DNA from: Clostridia bacterium
GTDB taxonomy: Bacteria; Bacillota; Clostridia; Christensenellales; CAG-138
Direction: 5' to 3'
DNA: 64,000 nucleotides
NCBI GenBank assembly: GCA_017388175.1
Contig: JAFOTD010000056.1
Coordinates: 7,756-71,755, forward strand
The notes beneath the pieces were generated by a model that saw only the letters and a list, made by a program, of their open reading frames with translations, was not told where the DNA came from and made no database searches. Position 1 is the stretch's first letter, and every line of letters starts with the position of its first letter. A program made the position numbers and the translations under genes. Shown here piece after piece: positions 18,505 through 27,724 of the stretch.

Positions 18505-18533
18505 TTGACAATCTTTGGTACGCTCACTATAAT
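18505..18533 (+). promoter_or_regulatory. SigA promoter of groESL
   Basis: Perfect TTGACA-17 nt-TATAAT. Confidence 0.92.
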
Positions 18534-18545
18534 AAAGGACGATGA

Positions 18546-18572
18546 TTAGCACTCGAAAGGAATGAGTGCTAA
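18546..18572 (+). promoter_or_regulatory. CIRCE element (HrcA operator)
   Basis: Perfect TTAGCACTC-N9-GAGTGCTAA between the promoter and groES. Confidence 0.97.
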
Positions 18573-18597
18573 AAGAACCATGCAGGAGGAAATCAGT

Positions 18598-18870
18598 ATG
18601 ACATTGAAACCTTTATTCGATCGCGTTGTGATCCGGAACATCGAAACGGAAGAGGTCACCAAGGGCGGCATTCTTCTGACGAGCGCATCGAAAGAGAAAC
18701 CGCAGATGGCGGAAGTGCTTGCGGTCGGCCCCGGCGCAAAGGACGTTGAGATGGTCGTGAAGGTCGGCGATAAAGTCGTGTATTCGAAATATGCGGGTAC
18801 GGAAGTAAAACTGGACGGGCAGGAAGTCATCGTCATCAAGCAGAGTGACATTCTTGCAGTCGTTGAATAA
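18598..18870 (+). CDS. groES: Co-chaperonin GroES
   Basis: MTLKPLFDRVV...GGILL...KEKPQ...KYAGTEVK...DILAVV; AGGAGG RBS before ATG at 18598. Confidence 0.97.
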   Translation: MTLKPLFDRVVIRNIETEEVTKGGILLTSASKEKPQMAEVLAVGPGAKDVEMVVKVGDKVVYSKYAGTEVKLDGQEVIVIKQSDILAVVE

Positions 18871-18873
18871 TAG

Positions 18874-20517
<1,644 letters not shown>

Positions 20518-20534
20518 TCAAACCGTTAAAACCC

Positions 20535-20561
20535 GAGAGGGAGTCTTCGGACTCCCTTTTC
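20535..20561 (+). terminator. groESL terminator
   Basis: gagagggagtc-ttcg-gactccctttt. Confidence 0.85.
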
Positions 20562-20649
20562 TGCTATTTTTGAATACTGAGGCGTATCACGGCCGCGAAG
20601 CTTGCATTTTTAAGGGGGATGATGTATAATTTTTCACAGGTGCTGTTGA

Positions 20650-22539
20650 ATGCTGAATAGGTTTTATCGCAACGGAATACTGACGCTTCTTTCGCTGTTG
20701 CTGCTGTTTGCGGCAAGCGGTTTTTCTGTTGCGGACGAAGTGGAATTCGGCGACGCCGACGGAGACGGCGCTGTCACTGCGCAGGATGCAAGCTGCATTT
20801 CAAGGCATTTAAAACGGTTTCATATGATGGACGCTGCCGCGCTTTCAAGGGCGGATTACGATGGAGACGGCACGGTCACTTCAATGGACGCCGCGCTGAT
20901 CATGAACGCTTCCGTAAATCCGGAAGAATCCGTAAATGCGACGGCATCCTTTTCCATGCTCGTTACATCCGATATGAAGGGGCTTGCGTGGGACGTGATT
21001 TCCGAAGATGAAGAATCCGTATCGACCGCAATGAACGTTGCCGCGTGCGTGATGTCCCTGCGCGAACAGGAACCCGATCTGCTTCTGCTCGATGCAGGCG
21101 GATCGCTGCTGGGCAGCTCGATTGCGGACGATTATCCCTCACGAACGGAGCGCATGTACGGCCCGATGTCTACGCTGTTCATCATGATGAAATATGACGC
21201 CGTTCTGCTCGGAAAGGAAGCGATCACGTATCCGTCACAGACCGTTCGGCGTGAAGTGAACGCGCTTTTGAACAAAAAGATTCCCGTGCTTGGAATGAAT
21301 CTGCAAATGAGCAATCCGACGGTCTACGACCCGGAAGGCGTGCTTTGGAACGAGCTTTCCCCTTACGTGTTTATCGACGTTCCGCAGGGGGAGGATGCGG
21401 AGCCTTTGCGCGTCGCGCTGGTCGGCGTTACGGATCCCTCGCTCGCAACGTATGATGATGAAGTGCTTCCCGTTGATCCGCTGGAGAGTTATAAGAGATT
21501 CCGAAAGGAAATCAAAAGCGAAGCGGATTATACAATCCTTATTTATTACGGCAATATTGAAGTGGACGCATCGTCCAGATCGTCCTATTCGCTTCGGGAT
21601 CTGATCCGGAAGACGGACGGGATCGACCTCGTGCTCTGCGCGCACAGCGATCAGAACAGTACGCGCGCCGAAAAGAATTCCGCCGGATATGAAATTCCGA
21701 TCGTTTCTCTGCCGGGCGGGACGGAGAAGGTCACGCGCGTATCGGTTTCTCTTCGAGAAAACGGCCGGCCGGCGATCAGCGTTGCCGAGATCGACGCGAG
21801 CGAATACGAGCCGAGTACGGAAATCCGAAAGAACGTCCGTCCTTACGTATCCAAGGTTTCCGCAATGATGGACGCCGTCGTATGCACGGTCGGAACGGAC
21901 GTGGAAGCGTACGATCCAAACGATCGTTTTTCCTCATCCGACAGCATGGAACTTCTGCATGAAATGCAACTGTTTTCCGCCGCGAAATGGATCGCCGAAA
22001 ATGATCTTGATCTGCCGAACAACATCATTTCCGTCGCATATCCGTATCTGTCGTTTGAAGGCCTGCGGGAAGGGACGGTGTACTATCGTGATCTGTGCAG
22101 AATGCGGTCTGAAATGCCGCGTTATACGCTGCTCCTTGTGCGCGGATGCGAACTGAAGGCATGGCTTTCCGGATATGCCGATTCGATTATGACGGATGAA
22201 ACGGTCTATTCGCTGTACGGTGTATCGTATCTGATTAACTCGCTGAACTCGGATTCGCCGCTTGGTTTTCTGGAGCACAGCTCCGGCCTGCCCGTGGAAG
22301 ACGATGAAGTATTTGCGTTGATCCTTGCGGAAAACCCGGAAGAGGAATCAAGCATCCGTTCCTATCTTGATGAAACGTGGATGACCTATGCGGATCGCGT
22401 TGTGGAAGGGTTTACGCTTCCGCGCCCGGAACGGCTCGGCTCCACCGGCGAGAACGCCGTCACCGACGCTTTGACCGCCTATCTCGAAACCGTGGGCGAG
22501 CTCAGGCTGTCCCATACCTATACCTGGATCGTGATCTGA
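20650..22539 (+). CDS. Secreted type I dockerin fused to a 5'-nucleotidase/CpdB-like metallophosphoesterase fold with degenerate metal ligands
   Basis: Signal peptide; two dockerin EF loops GDADGDGAVTAQDA and ADYDGDGTVTSMDA; TSDMKG, LLLDAGGSL.GS, MKYDAVLLGKE, DGIDLVLCAHS resemble degenerate 5'-nucleotidase motifs; TTGCAT-17-TATAAT promoter at about 20602-20630. Confidence 0.7.
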   Translation: MLNRFYRNGILTLLSLLLLFAASGFSVADEVEFGDADGDGAVTAQDASCISRHLKRFHMMDAAALSRADYDGDGTVTSMDAALIMNASVNPEESVNATASFSMLVTSDMKGLAWDVISEDEESVSTAMNVAACVMSLREQEPDLLLLDAGGSLLGSSIADDYPSRTERMYGPMSTLFIMMKYDAVLLGKEAITYPSQTVRREVNALLNKKIPVLGMNLQMSNPTVYDPEGVLWNELSPYVFIDVPQGEDAEPLRVALVGVTDPSLATYDDEVLPVDPLESYKRFRKEIKSEADYTILIYYGNIEVDASSRSSYSLRDLIRKTDGIDLVLCAHSDQNSTRAEKNSAGYEIPIVSLPGGTEKVTRVSVSLRENGRPAISVAEIDASEYEPSTEIRKNVRPYVSKVSAMMDAVVCTVGTDVEAYDPNDRFSSSDSMELLHEMQLFSAAKWIAENDLDLPNNIISVAYPYLSFEGLREGTVYYRDLCRMRSEMPRYTLLLVRGCELKAWLSGYADSIMTDETVYSLYGVSYLINSLNSDSPLGFLEHSSGLPVEDDEVFALILAENPEEESSIRSYLDETWMTYADRVVEGFTLPRPERLGSTGENAVTDALTAYLETVGELRLSHTYTWIVI

Positions 22540-22542
22540 TAT

Positions 22543-22567
22543 AAGCCGCGCAATTTGCGCGGCTTTT
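22543..22567 (+). terminator. Terminator after the dockerin gene
   Basis: aagccgcgca-att-tgcgcggctt followed by tt. Confidence 0.75.
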
Positions 22568-22602
22568 GCATGGAATATCCCGTTACCTGCATATCCTGTA
22601 TC

Positions 22603-22884
22603 ATGAAACGAAAACGTAAAATCTTCAGACGCATCCTCGGGAGCATCGAACTCCCGCAGGATTTGGATCCGCATCTCTTTTTCGTGCAATGGAACGGCGG
22701 CGGAGAGTGCCTGATCGAACAGCACAGGGGAATCCTCTGCTTTGAAATGAACCGGATCCGGTTTGCGACGGAGCAGGGAACGCTTATGCTGGAGGGTGAA
22801 TCGCTCGAGATGCAGCGGCTTTCGGAAACGCGCGCGCTCGTTCGGGGGCATATCGGCGCCGTTACCTTGGAGGGCAAAAGTTGA
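22603..22884 (+). CDS. yqfC: YabP/YqfC family sporulation protein
   Basis: IELPQDL, CLIEQHRGIL.F....IR, L.LEGESL, VRGHI; directly upstream of yqfD. Confidence 0.8.
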   Translation: MKRKRKIFRRILGSIELPQDLDPHLFFVQWNGGGECLIEQHRGILCFEMNRIRFATEQGTLMLEGESLEMQRLSETRALVRGHIGAVTLEGKS

Positions 22885-24041
22885 TGTGGCAATTTTGGCA
22901 TGGGTATGTTATAATCCAAATACAGGGTTTGTCCGCTGCCCGGTTTCTGCGCAGACTGACGGAATCCGGGATTCGCGTCGCAAACGTGAAACGGATCGAC
23001 GCCGGAACGATGCGGATAACGATACCGGCAAGACGGTTTTTCGATCTCCGCAAGCTCAGAAAGGGCCTCGGACTTCGCATCCATATCGTCGGCCGCGGCG
23101 GTCTTCCGTTTTTTATACGAAAGCTGTATCGCCGCCCCGTACTCTGGATCGGAACGTCCGTTCTGTTTATTTGCATGACGCTGGCGTCCTCCCGGATATG
23201 GATGATCCGGATCGCGGAAACGAAACGCGTCGATCCGAACGAGATTCTGGAGCTTCTTTCGGAACACGGGATCCGTCCGGGCAGCAGACCGGAAGGACCG
23301 GTTCTGATTACCGCGGCGAACGACCTCTCCGCGCGGATTCATGATGCCGCATGGATCGGACTCGACCGCGAAGGCGTGCTTTTACGCGTCGGCGTTGTGG
23401 AATCGCTTCCCGAATCGCCGAAAAAAACGACACGGATCCCATCGGACGTCATCGCCGAAAAGGACGGAATCGTGACTTCGATCCTCGTGATGCGCGGACA
23501 AGCGCGTGTAAAGGTCGGCGATCGTGTTCGCGCCGGGGACGTGCTGATTTCCGGAACGGTGTTCCGGAATGATGAAAGCTATGAAACGAACGCGGACGGA
23601 ACGGTGACCGCCGCGGTTGAATACCGTTCGGAAACATCGCTTTCCGACACGATCACGGAAGCGGTGGAAACCGATGCGACGGAGACGGTGCGCGTTCTCA
23701 GATTCGCGTCGTATGAGATTGTTCGGTCCGAGCCGTCCTTCGAACACTACCGTCTGACCGACCCGGAAACCGTATCGCTGTCCGATCTTCTGCCTGTTTC
23801 GATGGAACGCTCTACGGCGCGCGAGATCGTTTTTCGGGAACGGCATGCTTCGGAGAAGGAAGCGGAGCAGATTGCTCTGATAAACGCACGGGAACAGGCG
23901 CTTAAGCTCGTTCCGAAAGACGCGGCGATCATGAATATATACAGTATGGTCCGATCTCAGGACGGCAATCGTTACGCCGTCGTGACCGTGACCGCGGAAG
24001 AAACCATCGGAAGAACGGAGGAAGACCCGCATGACGGATGA
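22884..24041 (+). CDS. yqfD: Stage IV sporulation protein YqfD
   Basis: GYV.I.IQG....RFL, SSRIW.I.I, PSDVIAEKDGIV..I.V.RG...VKVGD.V.AGDVLISG; synteny with yqfC and phoH. Confidence 0.88.
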   Translation: MWQFWHGYVIIQIQGLSAARFLRRLTESGIRVANVKRIDAGTMRITIPARRFFDLRKLRKGLGLRIHIVGRGGLPFFIRKLYRRPVLWIGTSVLFICMTLASSRIWMIRIAETKRVDPNEILELLSEHGIRPGSRPEGPVLITAANDLSARIHDAAWIGLDREGVLLRVGVVESLPESPKKTTRIPSDVIAEKDGIVTSILVMRGQARVKVGDRVRAGDVLISGTVFRNDESYETNADGTVTAAVEYRSETSLSDTITEAVETDATETVRVLRFASYEIVRSEPSFEHYRLTDPETVSLSDLLPVSMERSTAREIVFRERHASEKEAEQIALINAREQALKLVPKDAAIMNIYSMVRSQDGNRYAVVTVTAEETIGRTEEDPHDG

Positions 24042-25026
24042 AAAAGGGAAAACGATCGGACGGATCGAGCTGGAGTCCATGGATGATTCCATCGGACTGT
24101 TCGGCGTTTTCGACGAGAACCTTGCCGTATTTGAAGAGGAGATCGGCGTACGGATCCGAATTCATTCGGACGGGATCGCGATCGAGGGCGACGAGGACCA
24201 GGTTGCGCTTTGCAAAACTGTGCTGGAAAAGCTGTTGGATATGCAGCGAAAGGGCGAACCGATTAACCGCGGGCGCATTCGCTACGCGATCGACATCGCG
24301 AAGGACGGCAACGCGGAGCTGATTAAAGAAATTATGGGCGACGTCGTCGCGCTGACGAACCGCGGAAAACAGATTAAATGCAAGACGCTCGGACAGAAAA
24401 AATACATCCAGGCATTGAAGAATCATGAACTGGTCTTCGGTGTGGGACCGGCCGGCACGGGTAAAACGTACCTTGCCGTTGCGATGGCTGTCGTTGCGTT
24501 CAAAAATAAAGAAGTCGAGCGCATCATTCTGACGCGCCCCGCCGTGGAAGCGGGCGAAAAGCTCGGATTTCTTCCCGGTGATCTGCAGAACAAGGTCGAT
24601 CCGTACCTTCGACCGCTGTATGACGCGCTGCAGGAGTTTTTCGGGCTCGAAACCTATAAGCAGCTCATGGAGCGTGGCGCGATTGAAGTGGCGCCGCTTG
24701 CGTACATGCGCGGACGCACGCTGAACAACGCGTTCATCATTCTCGACGAGGCGCAGAACTGCTCGATCGAACAGATGAAAATGTTCCTGACGCGCTTCGG
24801 CGAGGGCAGCCGCATCGTCGTAACCGGCGACGTGACGCAGATCGACCTTCCGAAAGAGAAGATGAGCGGACTGGTCCACGCGATTCGGGTGCTGGACGGC
24901 GTGGAGGGGATTTCCGTCGTTAAACTGACGCACAAGGACGTCGTTCGCCACGAGCTGGTGCAGCGCATCATTCAGGCGTACGAGCGACACGAAAACGCAA
25001 GGGCGAAGGAGCGCGGCAATGATTGA
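24031..25026 (+). CDS. phoH: PhoH family ATPase
   Basis: GPAGTGKTYLA, RPAVEAGEKLGFLPGDL, APLAYMRGRTL, DEAQN, GDVTQIDLP. Confidence 0.95.
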   Translation: MTDEKGKTIGRIELESMDDSIGLFGVFDENLAVFEEEIGVRIRIHSDGIAIEGDEDQVALCKTVLEKLLDMQRKGEPINRGRIRYAIDIAKDGNAELIKEIMGDVVALTNRGKQIKCKTLGQKKYIQALKNHELVFGVGPAGTGKTYLAVAMAVVAFKNKEVERIILTRPAVEAGEKLGFLPGDLQNKVDPYLRPLYDALQEFFGLETYKQLMERGAIEVAPLAYMRGRTLNNAFIILDEAQNCSIEQMKMFLTRFGEGSRIVVTGDVTQIDLPKEKMSGLVHAIRVLDGVEGISVVKLTHKDVVRHELVQRIIQAYERHENARAKERGND

Positions 25027-25456
25027 CGTCTTTTCGGAAACCGTTCCGATCTCGGAAGAAGAGCGGACAGGCATCGCTCGCGCGGCGGAAGCGGCTCTTT
25101 TCAGCGAAGAACGCGACGGTGATCTGACGATTCTGATCGACACGCCCGAGCGAATCCAAACGCTGAACCGCGATTTTCGCGGCGTGGACCGCGTGACCGA
25201 CGTGCTGACGTTCCCCGCGTGGGAGGGCGAAATCTCTCTCTCGGCGGACGGGTATCTCGGCGATATCATGATTTGCTATGAACGCGCGCAGGAGCAGGCG
25301 GAGGAATACGGACATTCGCTTCTCCGTGAACTTTCGTTCCTCGCGGTGCACGGCGTTCTGCATCTTTTGGGTTACGATCATATGACGGAAGCGGATGAGC
25401 GCGTCATGCGGGAAAAACAAACGGCGATTTTAGAAAGCATAGGAGTAACAAGATGA
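25019..25456 (+). CDS. ybeY: rRNA maturation endoribonuclease YbeY
   Basis: LNRDFRG.D..TDVLTF, HGVLHLLGYDH. Confidence 0.95.
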   Translation: MIDVFSETVPISEEERTGIARAAEAALFSEERDGDLTILIDTPERIQTLNRDFRGVDRVTDVLTFPAWEGEISLSADGYLGDIMICYERAQEQAEEYGHSLLRELSFLAVHGVLHLLGYDHMTEADERVMREKQTAILESIGVTR

Positions 25457-25863
25457 CGGACACAATCTCAAACGAAGAATTATTGAAGCTTGCGACGGAA
25501 GCACGCGATCATTCCTATTCGCCGTACTCGCATTACAGCGTCGGCGCTGCGCTGCTCACAAAGGACGGAAGGGTTTATCAGGGCTGCAACATTGAAAATG
25601 CTTCCTTTACGCCGACGATCTGCGCAGAACGTACCGCGTTCTTCAAAGCGATCTATGACGGCGTACATGAATTTTCCGCGATCGCGATCATCGGATCGGG
25701 CGAGCTTCCCGCATTTCCCTGCGGTGTTTGCCGTCAGGTCATGTCCGAGTTCTGCGACGGCGACTTTATTCTGACCGTATCCAACCGCGACGGCAGCGAA
25801 ATCGTTACGGAAACGCTCGATCAGATGATGCCGCACCGGTTCGGCCCGAAGGATCTCTTATGA
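25453..25863 (+). CDS. cdd: Cytidine deaminase
   Basis: YSPYS...VGAAL, GCNIENAS, ICAERTA, PCGVCRQ. Confidence 0.95.
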   Translation: MTDTISNEELLKLATEARDHSYSPYSHYSVGAALLTKDGRVYQGCNIENASFTPTICAERTAFFKAIYDGVHEFSAIAIIGSGELPAFPCGVCRQVMSEFCDGDFILTVSNRDGSEIVTETLDQMMPHRFGPKDLL

Positions 25864-26759
25864 TGCAGACAGGATATAAAAGCGGATTTTTCAGCATCGT
25901 CGGATGCCCGAACGTCGGTAAATCGACGTTGATCAACCGTCTCGTCGGGCAGAAGATCGCGATCGTCACCGACCGCGCGCAGACGACGCGCAACCGCATT
26001 ACGGGCGTTCTGACGCGCAAAGATTATCAGATGATCTTTCTCGATACGCCCGGCATGACAAAGCCCCGCAACAAGCTCGGCACGTTCATGCAGAAGACGG
26101 CCGAGGACGCATCGAAGGATACCGAGGCGATCCTGCTGGTGATCGACGCTTTGAAAGGCGTCGGAGAACGTGACGCCGACGTCATTCGCGTCGTAAAGAC
26201 GTATCGTTCGCCCGTAATCGTTCTGATCAACAAGTGCGACGCGGCAAGCGCGGCGCAGATGCAGGAAGCAAGGGACGCTGTCAAGGAAGCCGGATTCGAT
26301 ACCGTTCTTGCAATCTCCGCGCAGACCGGCGAGAATCTGGACAAGCTCGAGGAACTGCTGAAAGGTTATCTTACGGAAGGACCGCAGTATTATCCCGACG
26401 ATATGGTCACCGATCAGCCGGAGCGCGTGATCTGCGCCGAGATGATCCGTGAAAAGACGCTCGAGCTTTTACGCGAGGAGATCCCGCACGGGATCGGTGT
26501 CGGCATCGACAAGATGCAGATGCGGCCGGACGGGAACCTGATGGACGTGTGGGCGACGATCTACTGCGAGCGCGAAAGCCACAAGGGGATCATCATCGGG
26601 CGCGGCGGAAAGATGCTGAAACGCATCGGAAGCGAAGCGCGCAAGGATATCGAGTGGCTTCTGGATGTGCAGGTCAATCTGCAGCTGTGGATCAAGGTCA
26701 AGGAAGACTGGCGAAACCGTCAGCAAATGCTGAACGAGCTCGGCTACCGCGACGATTGA
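25860..26759 (+). CDS. era: GTPase Era
   Basis: [31 protein letters not shown] domain KGIIIGRGG; start ATG at 25860 or 25863. Confidence 0.95.
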   Translation: MMQTGYKSGFFSIVGCPNVGKSTLINRLVGQKIAIVTDRAQTTRNRITGVLTRKDYQMIFLDTPGMTKPRNKLGTFMQKTAEDASKDTEAILLVIDALKGVGERDADVIRVVKTYRSPVIVLINKCDAASAAQMQEARDAVKEAGFDTVLAISAQTGENLDKLEELLKGYLTEGPQYYPDDMVTDQPERVICAEMIREKTLELLREEIPHGIGVGIDKMQMRPDGNLMDVWATIYCERESHKGIIIGRGGKMLKRIGSEARKDIEWLLDVQVNLQLWIKVKEDWRNRQQMLNELGYRDD

Positions 26760-26795
26760 CGGATGAAAGATTCGTCCTTCGGGCATACTGGTTCC

Positions 26796-26915
26796 ATGAA
26801 TGACGAATCAAAAGAGGAATGGGAACGCTTTATGCGAACGGGCAGGGTGGAGGACTACCTTGCTTATAAACGGACGGAAAAGAAATGCCGACGGAGCTTA
26901 CACAAGCCATCGTAA
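26796..26915 (+). CDS. yqzL: YqzL family small protein (39 aa, below the ORF-track length cutoff)
   Basis: My translation MNDESKEEWERFMRTGRVEDYLAYKRTEKKCRRSLHKPS; W..F..TG....YL.YK motif; lies between era and recO. Confidence 0.75.
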   Translation: MNDESKEEWERFMRTGRVEDYLAYKRTEKKCRRSLHKPS

Positions 26916-27622
26916 CCGGATATACGGATTATAAGGACAACGATCGGATGCTGACGCTGTTTTCCGCAAGCCGCGGACGGATCGACTGCAAGGCGAGAAA
27001 CTGCCGAAAGCCGACGTCCAGGCTTCTAGCCTGCGCGCAGCCGTTTGTATTCGGCGAGTTTGAGCTGTTTGAAAACGGCGAACGCATCACGGTAAACGCC
27101 TGCGACGTACGCGAGACGTTTTATCCGCTGCGCGAGGACGTCGATCGGTTCATGATCGCTTCTTTATGCACGTCACTGTGCAACAATATCATCGAACGCG
27201 AATCGCCGGACGAAGCGCTGTTTTCGCTTCTGTATCACGTTTTGTCTTTTCTCGCGTATTCCGAATCCGATCCAACGGACCTTTTGATCGCTTTTTTGCT
27301 GCATTATCTCGACCACGCGGGGTATCGTCCGTCGTTGACGCGCTGCGCCGTATGCCGGAGAGACGTGCGAAGCGACGCGGTCCTGTTCTTCAACGCGGAA
27401 GCGGGCGGAGTCGTGTGCGCGGCCTGTCCGCACGGAGGCAAGCCGGTAAGCAAGCTGGCGCTCGAAGCGATGCGAAGGATCCTGCTGCTCGATCACGACG
27501 CATTGAACAAAGTCGTGCTGAAACCCGTGCTTCGCGAAGAAATGCTGCCGCTTTTAAAGAACGCGTGCGCGAATATGCTCGGCGCAAGCGACCGGACCGT
27601 CGCAATGCTCGACCGGATCTGA
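26885..27622 (+). CDS. recO: DNA repair protein RecO
   Basis: DY.DNDRMLTLFS...GRI, QPFVFGEF.L, GYRP.L..C..C...GG..C..C zinc finger. Confidence 0.92.
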   Translation: MPTELTQAIVTGYTDYKDNDRMLTLFSASRGRIDCKARNCRKPTSRLLACAQPFVFGEFELFENGERITVNACDVRETFYPLREDVDRFMIASLCTSLCNNIIERESPDEALFSLLYHVLSFLAYSESDPTDLLIAFLLHYLDHAGYRPSLTRCAVCRRDVRSDAVLFFNAEAGGVVCAACPHGGKPVSKLALEAMRRILLLDHDALNKVVLKPVLREEMLPLLKNACANMLGASDRTVAMLDRI

Positions 27623-27662
27623 TTATATTTTACAATTTTATGCAAAGGGAGCAAGATTTTTC

Positions 27663-27691
27663 TTGCATCCTTTTTATTTAGTTGTTATAAT
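27663..27691 (+). promoter_or_regulatory. SigA-type promoter of ppdK
   Basis: TTGCAT-17 nt-TATAAT with extended TG. Confidence 0.8.
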
Positions 27692-27724
27692 AAATCGTTA
27701 GCAAATATGTAGGAGGATTTTTCA

